The position numbers and the translations under genes were made by a program. A DNA stretch of 63,809 bases, the filler included, from Guillardia theta CCMP2712 (lineage: Eukaryota > Protista > Cryptophyta), in NCBI RefSeq assembly GCF_000315625.1. It is 5 parts of 5 records of this genome, joined end to end, with 100 filler letters (N's around TTAATTAATTAA, not from the genome) between each part and the next. Parts side by side here need not be neighbours in the genome. Positions count along the whole stretch, not along the records: positions 1 to 26,310 come from NW_005434469.1; positions 26,411 to 47,839 come from NW_005434563.1; 3 more parts are not named here. One strand, given 5' to 3'. The notes under the pieces are model-generated. The model was not told where the DNA came from. It did no database searches and saw only the letters and a list, made by a program, of their open reading frames with translations. Below are positions 11,392-30,191 of this stretch, one piece after another (positions within the stretch are counted from its first letter, which is position 1; every line of letters starts with the position of its first letter).

Positions 11392-13939
11392 TCAGCTCAT
11401 CTACAGTCAGTGTTTGATAACCATCCTCCTCCTCTGCGGCCCTCGCCCGTCCTCCCCCAACCCTCCTCCTCCTGCTCCTCCTCCTGCTCCTCCTGCTCCT
11501 CCTGCTCCTCCTCCTCCTCCTCCTCCTCCTCCTCTCCTCTCCTCCTCCTCCTCCTTCTCCTTCTTCTTCTCCTCCTCCTCTTTCCTCCCTCTCCTCTCCT
11601 TCTCTTCTCCTCCCTCCTCCGCCACCACCTTCTCTGCTCGCTCTCTGCTCGCTCCCTCCTCCTTCTCCTTCTCCTCCTCCTTCTCCTCCTCCTCTCCTCC
11701 TCCTCCTCCTTCTCCTCCTCCTCCTCCTCCTCCTCCTCCTCCTCCTTCAATTTCTCAGCGTTTCCTCCTCCTCCAGNNNNNNNNNNNNNNNNNNNNNNNN
11801 NNNNNNNNNNNNNNNNNNNNNNNNNNNNNNNNNNNNNNNNNNNNNNNNNNNNNNNNNNNNNNNNNNNNNNNNNNNNGGGAGAGGGGCAGGGAGGGAGAGG
11901 GAGAGGGGCAGGGAGAGGGGCAGGGAGAGGGAGAGGGGCAGGGAGAGGGAGAGGGAGAGGGAGAGGGAGGAAAGAGGTGTGGGAGGAGCAGGACGATGAA
12001 CAGGACGATGAAGAGGACGAGAAGGACTAAGGCATCAAGAAGGAGAAGGAGGACGAGGAAGAGATGGTGAACCTCTCGGTCCATGTTTGATCTTGCCGTG
12101 TCTTCAAGGTGCCTTCTGAACACCTGAGAAGGTTCAGCAGCTTTTCACTTGGACAAGTTCACGTTACATCTGCAGAGAAGATAGTCGTCTTGGACAGCAT
12201 CTTGCTCAAGAACTCTTTTCTCCTGCAAGCTCAATCACGACCAAGTGTGTTGTGCTCGTTCAAACTGTTGTCAAACCTTGCAAGAAATGTCGGGAAGGGA
12301 AGGGGAGAGAACTCCATTTGCACGTTCTCCGCGTACTTGGAATATTTGCTTGGTTGAGATCCAAGAATTGACAAGTCGAGGTCGTTCAGGATGGCAAAAT
12401 CTCCTGTAGATGATGGAGTGAGAATATATACAGCGAGAACAATGCAGAAGAGACATTGCAAAATGATGGCTGGAGGTTACAGAGAGTGAGGAGTGAGTAT
12501 GAGTATGAAGTTATATGTATGTTTTCAGAATAAACAGATGAGAGGATGTTGTTGGCTTTTTCAACAGGGTGAAAATGAGATGGGGGAGAGTTTAGAAACA
12601 TGCAAGATTGTACAAGATGTGAGAAGGGAGAAACAAGATGTGTCTTGAAGTCAAAGCAAATCATTCCCTGACCTTTGAGTTCCCTGTCGTGATCAGCGTC
12701 GTGCTTCGTTGACATGATCATCTTACAAACAAGATCCTGCAGTCAAGACATGCCTTCAGAATCGTTCTTGATCTCTCATCAACACAACATGTACAGGATC
12801 ATTCTTCATTTCTCATGACAACAACATGAACATGTTGATTTCTAATCATCTTCACCTGATCTTCCCGCGAAATCTGTCGAGCTGCATTACAGAACGTCTG
12901 AAAGAATTTCACGCTTGCCTCCTCGTTGTCCTGGACAAGTTTCAGAAATCCTCACCATCCACCATTACAACGCACTGTTCTTGTAGCATCGTAGACAACA
13001 TCGTGAAAGAAGATCGCGAGGTACAACAGATCCTGCCTGTCGGCAGAGATTGCGAACTCTTGGAGCAGAACAAACATGTCCCGGAGATGATGCGTGTTAT
13101 GATAATACCTCCCAACACCAGAGTACTTCTGTCTTATCAACCTCCACCAACTTCTCTGTGTAGCGTCGTCGACCTTCAACGATCGGCAGCAGGAGAACCA
13201 TCTGCTACTGAGGAAGTTGTTTCCGTTGGAGTCTTGTTGCACTTGTATTGGGGGTTTGGATGACATCCTGTTCTTGACACCTTGCAGAGCTTTCTTGACC
13301 TGAGTAAGAAGTGAGTAGTAGGTGAGACAAAGGTAACATGATTGAAGTTTGCTGTGAAGCAAAATGGAGTGATTGTTGTTTGAGAAATCAGCAGAATGCG
13401 AATTGATATGACACTGGAAACAAACAACGATAGCAAAAAGAAACAAGATTGAGCGCGAAAGATAGAAATGTCGGCGACAAAGTTGTTTCACCTGTTGATT
13501 AGTTTGTTCCGTATCCCATTCGTTGGAGATGATGATATCACTTCGTTTCATTCTGTCCTGGTTGGTCATCTGCGCAGAAATTCTCTTCTTTGCATCCTAC
13601 AAGGAAGACCGATCATGACAAGGAAAGGTTGCTGTTCTCCACAAACTTGACCTCCTCGCTGATGTTGTTCCTCTTCATCAGCCTTTCCTTGGACTTCTCT
13701 TCAGGGACGATGACTGTCCATACCTGGGACAGACAAGTCAGTATGATCGAGCAAGCATATGATGAAGCTGTGCTGATGATGGAAGTCTTCTTGCGAAGCG
13801 AGGAAGGATCGAAAGGATAAGGAAAGCAAGTATGAAGAATGTAAATGGCAGATGGTACAACATGAGGGGGAAGGAGGAGAATGTTGGTTGAGGAGGAGGA
13901 GGAGGAGGAGGAATCGAGGGATGAGCAGAAGCGGGAGCA

Positions 13940-13972
<33 letters not shown>

Positions 13973-15474
13973 AAGTGAAAAAGGACAACTAGGATGTAGG
14001 GGGCAGGTGGAAAGAAGGAGAAGCATACGCATACGCATACGCATACGCTTACGCATACGCAGGAGCAGCAGCAGCAGGATCATATATCCACCTCATCAAC
14101 GAAGTCATCCCAGCACGCCTCCAGCAGTACCGCCGCCTCCATCACGCACAGCTCGACGCCTCTCTCCCTCATCCCCTTCATCTCCTCTACCGCAAGCTCC
14201 CTGATCGCTGGCCACACGATCCCGTTCAGGACTTTCATCTGCTCTGCGTCACCAAAGACGATGCTGGCCAGGGACCGTCGGTCAATCTCCCCAGAGGAAG
14301 GGTCGACCACCTGGCTACCGAACGCCTCCACAACCCTCTTGAACGTTTCGCTCCCCTTCAGGTACGCCCGGTGCCCGAGCTTGTCACAGTCAACAATCTC
14401 GCATCCTTCCTCCTTCAGCATCCCGGAGATCGTAGACTTCCCACTTGCTATCCCCCCCGTCAGCCCGACGATGTACGGGAGGACGTCAGGGGACGTACAC
14501 CGTACAAACTCCTCCTCTCCCACCTCTCCTCCTTGCCTGCACAGCGAGTTCACGTCCGCACCGTTGAACGAACCGAGCATCGTCCTCCTCAGCATAGTCG
14601 AGCTCATCTTGTTGGAATCATCTGCATCCTCGGGCCCCACAAGGTCCACCACGTCCACCACGAGCTCGTTCAGATTCCTGTCCACCCTCCGCTTGTTCAC
14701 GCTGTGCCCTCCCCGCTCCGTCTCCCTCGACACAACGATGCACTGCAGCTGCTCGTCAACGATGGAGGGGCCGAAGGGGTCGGAGATGGGGACTATCTCA
14801 TACCGCACGCTGTCTCGCAGCGACTGCAGCAGCTGCAGCAGCCGAACCTGCCGCTGCTCGAACGGCTGCATCACGTCCCTCATCGTCTTCCCCTCCAGCA
14901 AGGGGCCGGTTGAAACTCCGATTAGCACTCGCTCGCTCGCGCAGACGCAGGTCATAGAGAGGAGGAGCTTGTGCCCAGCATGGATGCGATCGAACGTTCC
15001 CCCTAGCACGACGTGCTGGAAGTTACCAGGGGGCAGCAGCATGCAAGTGCCTTCGTCCCATCCGAGGCTTGTCAGGCTGGAGCAGCATGGGAGGTCGAGC
15101 AACAGCTTCTGCATAGCAGGGAGCCTTCGCTCCGTCCTTCGTTCCATCCACCTGTCCACACAATCCTCCTCCTCCTTGCAGCAGATGATCGCCTCCGCGT
15201 CCTCCGCGCTCCTAGCGAGCCACGCCTCCTCGCTCGGGAGGAGGACGCGAGCGTCGAGACGGGGAGCAGAGAGGCTTAGAAGGTCGTAGATGAACTTGAG
15301 CCTCCCTTGGATGGCGGAGCGAGACTGCTGTGACCAGTCTCCCTCCAGCAGGATGTAGAGCCTGTCATGCGCGACGTCCGCCGCTCGCCGCATCCTCGCA
15401 CTGTCCTGCTCATTGGCTTCGAGCTGCATCCTGATCAGTCCGACGCGGACGGAGGAGCTTGCTGGAAGCGGCAT
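11392..15474 (-). CDS. COASY: Bifunctional CoA synthase (PPAT + dephospho-CoA kinase) fused to a C-terminal HD-superfamily phosphohydrolase
   Basis: PPAT motifs VLGGTFDRIHAGHK, ISDPFGPS, VVSRET and KMSST; DPCK P-loop GLTGGIASGKS. Phase-0 exons 13723-13652, 13596-13492 and 13299 onward continue without a stop into RYYHNTHH..FFHDVVYD..DNEEAS..DLDLSILG. First and last exons are uncertain. Confidence 0.88.
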
Positions 15475-15896
15475 GGCTGTGGCTGAGAAGAGACGAGGCG
15501 CCTGCGGGCTGGGGGCAACTAGAAGAGGGAAGAGAAGAAGGGAGACAACAAGACAGACTAACGTTGAGGAAGCCGTCTTGTTACGCCTGGTTATCTGAAG
15601 TACGAGAAAAGAAGGGAGGAGGAAGGAAGGAAGAAGGAGGAGAGGAGGGAGGGTGGGGAGAAAGAAGGAAGAAAAAGTCACACAACAGCAACATCAAAGA
15701 GGAGGAACACGGACAAGATCGCAAGTAAGTCTCTTCGCTCATGCTTTCTCCAACGTGCTCATCAACCCACTCATCATCCCCTCCGTATCATGACCTATCC
15801 TCTGATCCTTGCCCAACATTCCTTGCCCTGCTCCTGCTCTTCTTCGTCCTGCTCCTGCTCCTGCTGTTCCTGCTCCTACTCCTGCTCCCTCTCCCT

Positions 15897-15930
<34 letters not shown>

Positions 15931-15946
15931 CTCTCCCTCTCCTGAT

Positions 15947-16009
<63 letters not shown>

Positions 16010-16123
16010 TCTCATCTAAGGAACACTCTGAGGCAGACTCGTTCAGACTTCTTTGTAAAGAAAAAAAAGAAAAAAGAAAAAAAGCTCAGGGAAAAAACAG
16101 CTACAGGGTTTGTGGCGCCTACA

Positions 16124-19100
16124 ATGCTGGGGCATATCCTCAAGGAGCGGCGGCTGGCGATCAGAGGCAAGAGTATGGCGGGAGCGTCGGGCATGCTGAG
16201 GACACCTGTCATACCACACTAGCGCGTCCATGCATGCCCTGTCGCCTCCTGCTATTTAGCAGACGATCGACCCGTTCATTGCCTCCCCCTCGTCCTCTCC
16301 GCTGCAATGTTCGTTTCATGTCCTTGCCAGTGGTCTTATCAGCATCGCATTCACTGACGCTACTCATGTCGCTTGACTCTCGTATCTTCCTTCTCTCACT
16401 CCCTTGCAAGATTCACCAGAGTCACCCTCCCCCGTCCTCCTGACATGCCTTACTCCCTTGTGGACTTGTCGACATTTCTGACTCCCTTGCGCAGGCGGTA
16501 TTCAGATTGCCGTTCGGGTATGGGGGGAAGACCCGAGGACGATAACAAACCCAGCAGAAAGATGGATTGCAGTCCATGGTTGCCTCTTCTTCTTCTTCTT
16601 CTTCTTTGTCCTCGTCCCCGCCCCCCCTCTCCACTTCTCGCCCTCCTCCTCCTCCTCTTCCTCCTCCTCCTCCTCCTCGTCGTCCTCCTCCTCGTCCTCC
16701 TCCTCCTCCTCCTCCTCCTCCTCCTCCTCCTCTTCCTCCTCCTCCTCCAAAGTTGAAGTCTCGGAGCAGGATGGCTGGACAACGCTGGGTCCTTCGATTT
16801 CTTGGCGCCGCTGCTGCTGAAGCGAGGAGCGAAGTCGATCGCATGCATCGACCTGGCAGGTGTGAGGGAACGAGGATGGTAGCAATGGAGCTGTTGATCG
16901 GTAAAACAGGCCATGGGCAGTCGGACTGGAGGTCGACGGGTACATACCATGTGGTCGACAATGTCGCGGACGTGATCTATACCGCCGACGCTCTTGAGTG
17001 GAAACAGTTTTCCCTGTGGGTTGTTTGTATTTGTTGCCTCAGAGAGTTGTCAGGTTGGTGATTGTTGTGCTTCCTGTGGTTGCAGGATCGGCCATTCCCT
17101 GGGCGGATGTATCTCCCAGACTGTGAGGACGATGTTGTGAAGGTGGCAGATAACACTGCAAGAGCAGATAGCAGCAGCTATGCCTGACCGCGTTCTCCGA
17201 CTAGTATCCATAGAAGCGATGGGATTCTGGGCTCAGGTGAGGCCGCGACAATGCAGCATGACGGGTGGGTGAAGAGGGAATCAGGACTCGCATACCTTCG
17301 TGAAGAACATCCGAAGAAGCCTGCTGGATAAGCCGAGGGGAGGGAACATGCAGTGAGTTCCTTCTGTTGTCTATCTACCCCGTCTCAAACTCGAGCGATC
17401 AGTCTAAAGCCTTTATCCACCCACCGTTCGATCACTCGCTCGCTCGCTCGCTCCTCTCATTCTTTCCTGCGGTCATTCATACCATCATCCTTTCCTCACA
17501 TCGATCATCTCCCATGTTACATCCTCTTGGCTCCTCCTGCTCTTCTAACTTCTCACTCTCCTCCTCCTCCTCCTCCTCCTCCTCCTCCTCCTCCTCCTCC
17601 TCCTCTTCCTCCTCTTCCTCCTCCTCCTCCTCCTCCTCTTCCTCCTCTTCCTCCTCCTCCTCCTATAGGATCTACCCTTCCCTCGAAGAATGTGCCGTGC
17701 GAAGAAGTGCGACTACCTCCTTGGGGTCATTGTCTAAGGTCAGCGCTGTACCCTCCAAACAACATTCTTTCCTTCCTCAACTCTTCTAACTCTCACCGCT
17801 ACCCCTACCCCTCCTCTCCTCTCCTCTCCTCGCCTCGCCTCGCCTCTCCTCTCCTCTCCTCTCCTCTCCTCTCCTCTCCTCTCCTCCTCTCCTCTCCTCT
17901 TCTCTCCTCTCCTCTCCTCACCTCTCCTCTCCTATCCTCTCCTTCCATTTGTGTCCTTCCCTCTATCCCCTTGTCTTCTCTTCTCACTTGTTTTGCAGGA
18001 AGCTGCCATGACGATGGTAGAGAGAGGAACGAGAAAAAGCGACTGCGATATGGGTTACATCTGGTCTTCCGATCCGAACCTGCTGGCCCCATCAAGACAC
18101 AGGCAACATGAAACACTGTTTGCTTGATGTGATTACTTTGAAGTCCATCATAGATGTTGAGATGTCTCTTTTCATATCTCTGAGTTTTGATGAGATTTAT
18201 CTTCTGAATGTTTTCAATCCTTGGCTTCCTTTTGCTGTCTGTTGTTGCGCGTGATACTTTGCGTGATACTGTGTATTAGTCCGTCAGTTCGATGCTGTTA
18301 GTATCTTTACATCTCCCCATTGGCTCTTTGCTACTGTGTTCGATCCTGCATTTCACTTGTCTCATTCGGAATGGAGAGCAGGGTGGATGAGATTGTGGCA
18401 AGATCAATCCTCAGCCATATCGAATGTCCTCAACTGATCATAGTCTGTCGGTAAGGGTGGCTGAGTATGATAGTACTCGATGTACTGACATGTCTATGAT
18501 TACAGGGATGGGATTTGGAAAGATGCTGCCCCGTTTGGATTGACGCTCTTCTCTGTAAACTCTTGTCTTGCTTACCAAGTGTTGTGGTTGTCAAACGATT
18601 TGGAAGAAATTGAAGTCCTGGCTCGATTTGTTTGCTTCTCTTGTCAAAATTGTTGATTTTGTCTCCACCGCCTGCCCAAAAGACAGTTGGAGAAAATCGG
18701 AGCAGTGTGTTGGCATTTGTGCTGTCCTTTGCTGGCATGCATGTGAAATTCTTGTGCGTTGTATTTTAGAAGTGCTGCACTTGATATGAAAGAATCTGAA
18801 ATCTGAAATTCTTGCCATTGAGTTGGATGTATCAGATTCCTTGGGGAGTTACAATTTTCTTCGGTAAGATGTCAACACAAACCAAGATTTGCAACTGATT
18901 GTTCCGGCCAGCCAACTTTGCCGCAAGGGTTGTACACGTGATGACAAAGGGATTTACCCCAATCAGGCAAGGGAAACAAGTCAAAAATGTTTGGTGTTGA
19001 CATTTTTGAAGTGCGGAGATCTCGAAAGAAGCTGGAGTGATAGGAAAGATCCGATTCGTCTACATGATGCTGTTTCGAAGGTGGCTCGTGTGCAGGTGAA

Positions 19101-19422
19101 GTCGAACAGCAAGTCTCGACATTTCTTAAGATATGTTGTGGATGTTTGTTCTAGCATGTTTTGTTTCTTTCATGTCCTGATAGTTGCTTTCTTGCTTTCA
19201 TCTGCTCTTTCCATCATTTCACTTCAAGTTTCTCTCTTTCTCTTACCATCTCACTTCATCACAACCTCACACTTTCATTACTGCAGGACTTCCAAGTTCG
19301 TGCACATGAACTCTGGTGGCCATCACCCGCATCTTATGGAGCCCGAGGAGGTAGCGGGGCACATCGGAGACTGGCTGGGAAAGGAAGGAGGAGATAAGAG
19401 GCTGAAGATCAAACAAGAGTGA
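16124..19422 (+). CDS. Alpha/beta-fold serine hydrolase, SERHL-like (multi-exon)
   Basis: Spliced motifs IAVHG|WLDNAGSFDFLAP, IDLAG|HGQS, nucleophile elbow GHSLGG (~17090) and catalytic His in GGHHPHLMEPEEVA. Confidence 0.85.
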
Positions 19423-19577
19423 CTGACTAGTTTGACAACTTGCAATCTCAAGAGATGCTGGAGGAATTTGCATCATTGCTCAGATGACAATTTCTGGATC
19501 ATGACATGAATATGAGAGGCAAACGCTCACGGGCGTCATGGAGCAGAAGTTTTCTTTCATTATCGCAATTTGCTACT

Positions 19578-25470
<5,893 letters not shown>

Positions 25471-25537
25471 TGAGGGTTGCCTGCAGCATGGTCAGCAGGA
25501 GGTTGATGAAGGGAGGAATGAAGGTTCTGTTGTGTGT

Positions 25538-25606
25538 GTGTTGAGAAACTGAGATTGAGTGCTGAAAAACTGAGATTGAGTGTTGAGAAACTGAGATTGA
25601 GTGTTG
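25538..25606. repeat. 21-bp tandem repeat (GTGTTGAGAAACTGAGATTGA) x3 just upstream of AK-HSDH
   Basis: Three near-identical direct copies. Confidence 0.85.
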
Positions 25607-26413
25607 GTGATTGCATCCTAATCTACTCCTTCGCACTTCCTTCACGCCCTTCACTTCCCCCGAACATTTCTTGTCTTGCGCCTTGCAATATTCGTGCCCA
25701 AGGTAGACAGCAGAGTGCAGGAGAGTTTCTCAATCTCATTGGTTTCATCATATGAAATAAATGAATTGCTCACTTTGCTCATAAACACATTCTTCATACT
25801 CTCCCATGGTCCTAGATAACTGCAACCAACTGCTGATACCGTAACAGCTAGTTAGGGGCATCTCCCTCCTTCAGCCATCAGATCCTGCCGATCCTACCAT
25901 CGGTACTTCAACGAATCTACTTTCTCCCTGCGCTCTCTCCTTCCCTCCATCCTGTCTTTCCTCCCAACTCCGCCATTCCTCTAGGTAAACCTACGTCATC
26001 ACATATAACCACACCTACAATAGCTTTTCCTTCACAAATCTTGATATTCACTCCTCTGCAATATCCTGCTCTCACTCTGCATGTATCTCTATCTCATCCT
26101 CCTCTCCTCCTCTCATCTTCTCTTCCTCTCCTCCTCCTCCTCTCCCTCCTGCTGTACTACGCCACGGCCGCCATCGGGGGAATCAAAGCAGCGCGTGCTT
26201 TTTTTTAATCACCCTACCCTCGATGAACCCGAGATACACAATGAAAAGTGGGGTGGGGGTGGGCTGTTCCAAGTCCCCAAAAAGGAAAAAAGAGCATAAA
26301 TTGTGTAAAANNNNNNNNNNNNNNNNNNNNNNNNNNNNNNNNNNNNNNNNNNNNTTAATTAATTAANNNNNNNNNNNNNNNNNNNNNNNNNNNNNNNNNN
26401 NNNNNNNNNNTGA

Positions 26414-27372
26414 ATGCAGCAAGCTAGCTTATCCTCCTGGGACGCAGCTCACAACCATGGCGACATTCAAGTCCCAGGCCAGACCAGGGCAGCAGCTCCG
26501 CCCACGAGCTTGCTCGGGCTACGAGTCCAGCACCAAGTGCGAAAAGTCCTCAGGCAAGGAAGTCGCACAGGACAGCAGCGACGCGTCCATCTCCAAGGGC
26601 TCGGGCCCGACGGCTCGCTGGAGGGCTCGAGCAGCCCGACGTCAAGCTTCCCGTCCAAGTCGAAGACGTCGTCGGACGCGGACCGGTCGGAGCAGCACGG
26701 CTCGCAGGAGCAGCCGCCGGGGGCGTCCATGAGGGATCTGCAGGAGGCGCTGGGGCAGAAGGGGGGGGGAGGGGGCAGCAGCGAGGACAGGAAGTCGAGC
26801 GACAGCGAGGAGCCCAAGGACCCTTTCTCCGACTCGGGGTCGAGCGCGAGCTGTCCGTCGGCGTCCTCGGCGGGGGAGAAGAGCAGAGCGCTGGAGCAGC
26901 AGGAGGATGAAGATGAGGGGAGGGATGCGATGTCAGATGAGACAGAAGACACGTGGCCTGGGGAGAGGAAGCACGGACGCGAGAGCACGTCCAAGACGTC
27001 CAGCGGGGGGGAAGTCAGGGCGGTGATTGACCGCCGAACAGCAGGGGAGATAGCATCGCTGCTGCACCAGATGATGGAGCAGCAGGAGCAGATCATGGCG
27101 CAGCAGCGGCAGATCCTAGAGAGGGGTATCCAGCCCGGAGTGGAAGGAATGATTGGAGCGGTGCTCATGACTTTTTGCGAGCTGATTGCCAAGATGGAGG
27201 CATGGGGCGAAGGGCTGGAGTTGGTGGAGGAAGCAGAAGCAGAAGCAGGCTGATTGCCAAGATGGAGGCATGGGGCGAAGGGCTGGAGTTGGTGGAGGAA
27301 GCAGAAGCAGAAGCCAAAGCTCACGGAAAGGGACGTGACCGCAGGGCGATGGCAGCAATGGTGTCGCGATGA
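26414..27372 (+). CDS. HTH-family type A copy, 5'-truncated by a gap, with a 68-bp duplication causing a premature stop at 27253
   Basis: Matches the C-terminal half of 30192-31500; the segment at 27181 is repeated at 27249. Confidence 0.55.
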
Positions 27373-27496
27373 AGTGAGCTTGAAGCCAGTGAAGTAGTTT
27401 GCGATGAAACGTGAGCAATCAGCCTCGCGGCATGATTGAATAGGTTGAAGAGCCTGAAGCACGTGCTGTACATTTCATTCATCTCACAGACAGGCC

Positions 27497-28735
27497 CTAG
27501 TGTTTCGGTTGAGAGCTGTTGATCATACCCGCAAGCATCGACGAGATTTGAGCATGCAAGCGTTGCAGCAGCAGGTACTCCTGGTTGCTTCCTCCTGTGA
27601 CGTTGCCCTGCTGCCAAAACAACGGAGGACTTACCACCACCCCTCCTGTCGCCTGCCACCCCTGATGCCCTGCCTGCCCTCCGACCTCCGTACCCTGCCA
27701 CTGGGCAGTGGGAGCACTGCTGCTCCCCTGCCCCCCTCCTCCATACCTCTGTACACAAGCCTGCGCCCCTCCAAAAGATGCCTCAACACCCCCTCCCTGC
27801 CCCGGCGACCTCGACTGGTATCCCCCAAGCCCTCGGACATCCACCCCCTGAAGCCACTGCAACCCCTGCCTCCAAGCCTCTCTCTCGGACTTGAGCTGAC
27901 CAGCTGCGCTCAAGCCTGCCCAGCTCGCTCCNNNNNNNNNNNNNNNNNNNNNNNNNNNNNNNNNNNNNNNNNNNNNNNNNNNNNNNNNNNNNNNNNNNNN
28001 NNNNNNNNNNNNNNNNNNNNNNNNNNNNNNNNNNNNNNNNNNNNNNGACAGGTGCTGAGCGCGTATCTCCAAGATCTGCTTCTGCTGCGCAATGATCTGC
28101 CCCTGCTGCTCTGTCATATGTCGCAGCAGCCCCGCTATCTCTCCTGCCGTCTGACTGTCGATACCCTCCCCCCCTTGCGACTTCTTGAACGTGCTCTCGC
28201 GCCTGTGCTTCCTCTCTCCCGGCTGGGGCTCTGCCTCGGGCTGCGTGCCCTCCCTCCACTTGGACACTGGCTTCCCGCCTCCCTTGCCTCCCTGCTGCTG
28301 CGTTTCCCCGGCACCCGACGAGTGCAGCGCTTCTCCTGCCCGTGCATGCCTCCCCGCCTCCCCTCCTGCCCCTCCTCGCTCGCCGTGCTGCTCCAGCGCT
28401 CTGCTCTTCTCCCCCGCCGAGGACGCCGACGGACAGCTCGCACTCGACCCCGAGTCGGAGAAAGGGTCCTTGGGCTCCTCGCTGTCGCTCGACTTCCTGT
28501 CCTCGCTGCTGCCCCCTCCCCCCCCCTTCTGCCCCAGCGCCTCCTGCAGATCCCTCATGGACGCCCTCGGCGGCTGCCCCTGCGAGCCGTGGTGCTCCGA
28601 CCGGCCCGCGTCCGACGACGTCGTCGACTTGGACGGGAAGCTTGACGTCGGGCTGCTCGAGCCCTCCAGCGAGCCGTCGGGCCCGGAGCCCTTGGAGATG
28701 GACGCGTCGCTGCTCTCCTCTGGCGACTCCTTGCC
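27497..28735 (-). CDS. HTH-family type B copy (start lies in a gap)
   Basis: Shares the Ser-rich core and the TAGEIAGLLRHMTEQQ coiled coil; ends LAGMINSSQPKH. Confidence 0.6.
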   Translation of the reverse strand, partial: GKESPEESSDASISKGSGPDGSLEGSSSPTSSFPSKSTTSSDAGRSEHHGSQGQPPRASMRDLQEALGQKGGGGGSSEDRKSSDSEEPKDPFSDSGSSASCPSASSAGEKSRALEQHGERGGAGGEAGRHARAGEALHSSGAGETQQQGGKGGGKPVSKWREGTQPEAEPQPGERKHRRESTFKKSQGGEGIDSQTAGEIAGLLRHMTEQQGQIIAQQKQILEIRAQHLXXXXXXXXXXXXXXXXXXXXXXXXXXXXXXXXXXXXXXXGASWAGLSAAGQLKSEREAWRQGLQWLQGVDVRGLGGYQSRSPGQGGGVEASFGGAQACVQRYGGGGQGSSSAPTAQWQGTEVGGQAGHQGWQATGGVVVSPPLFWQQGNVTGGSNQEYLLLQRLHAQISSMLAGMINSSQPKH

Positions 28736-29391
28736 NNNNNNNNNNNNNNNNNNNNNNNNNNNNNNNNNNNNNNNNNNNNNNNNNNNNNNNNNNNNNNNNN
28801 NNNNNNNNNNNNNNNNNNNNNNNNNNNNNNNNNNNNNNNNNNNNNNNNNNNNNNNNNNNNNNNNNNNNNNNNNNNNNNNNNNNNNNNNNNNNNNNNNNNN
28901 NNNNNNNNNNNNNNNNNNNNNNNNNNNNNNNNNNNNNNNNNNNNNNNNNNNNNNNNNNNNNNNNNNNNNNNNNNNNNNNNNNNNNNNNNNNNNNNNNNNN
29001 NNNNNNNNNNNNNNNNNNNNNNNNNNNNNNNNNNNNNNNNNNNNNNNNNNNNNNNNNNNNNNNNNNNNNNNNNNNNNNNNNNNNNNNNNNNNNNNNNNNN
29101 NNNNNNNNNNNNNNNNNNNNNNNNNNNNNNNNNNNNNNNNNNNNNNNNNNNNNNNNNNNNNNNNNNNNNNNNNNNNNNNNNNNNNNNNNNNNNNNNNNNN
29201 NNNNNNNNNNNNNNNNNNNNNNNNNNNNNNNNNNNNNNNNNNNNNNNNNNNNNNNNNNNNNNNNNNNNNNNNNNNNNNNNNNNNNNNNNNNNNNNNNNNN
29301 NNNNNNNNNNNNNNNNNNNNNNNNNNNNNNNNNNNNNNNNNNNNNNNNNNNNNNNNNNNNNNNNNNNNNNNNNNNNNNNNNNNNNNNNNNN

Positions 29392-29920
29392 GGGGATAGT
29401 GCAGCGAGCATAGAGGCTCAGTTGTAGAATGAGAGAGGTGTAGGGGTACAGAAACTAGAAGAGTAGGGATATGATATAGAGGATCGAGAGAGATTTTTGA
29501 AAAGGAGAGGTTTTGATAAGTTCAACAAGAGTTTTAGCTCTCCTATAAATTACCCCGGCGTGAATCGATGACAAATAGCGTCATTAAGCTCGAGGGTACT
29601 GGCCGTGAGAAGCAGGGGGGTAGGGGGATAGTGCAGCGAGCATAGAGGCTCAGTTGTAGAATGAGAGAGGTGTAGGGGTACAGAAACTAGACGAGTTGGG
29701 ATATGATATAGAGGATCGAGAGAGGGTTTTTGAAAAGGAGAGGTTTTGATAAGTTCAACAAGAGTTTTAGCTCTCCTATAAATTACCCCGGCGTGAACCG
29801 ATCCATAAAAGGGTACTGGCAGCGAGAAGCAGGGGGGTAAGGGGATAGTGCAGCGATCATAGAGGATCAGTTGTAGAATGAGAGAGGGGTAGGGGTACAG
29901 AAACTAGCAGGATGAGGATA
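29392..29920 (+). repeat. ~220-232-bp direct repeats in the divergent spacer (3 copies visible), full units carrying TATAAATTACCCC
   Basis: GGGGATAGTGCAGCGA recurs at 29392, 29624 and 29841. Confidence 0.85.
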
Positions 29921-30191
29921 TAATAATAGGCATTGTCTGGATGACGCTCATGCGATGTCCGAAAGGTCTCTTTTTCGTAACGGCCACCAACACACCCCCC
30001 ACCCCCTCTGGGAGATCCTAAATCTTACCCCTAAGGCTTCTCACGCCTTGTACGGGCAGGGTGCTGGATTGAGTAGGTGGGGTCTTGATCTCAAGCCCTA
30101 TAGCCGGTACCTTGCCCCGTCCGCACCGCATCGAACTACTCCCGCACCAGCTTACGCTGAAGGCAACTCATTCATGCAAGCCGGATAGGGA

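Noticed and set aside
14261-15289. Long antisense ORFs opposite COASY, AK-HSDH and the HTH genes
   Set aside because: Expected shadow ORFs of GC-rich coding sequence.
16167-16173. Possible GC-AG intron donor in the hydrolase gene
   Set aside because: A canonical GT donor 6 nt downstream gives the same frame.
26355-26366. TTAATTAATTAA palindrome inside N runs (also at 47884, 60602 and 62728)
   Set aside because: Artificial contig-joining spacer with stops in all frames; not biological.
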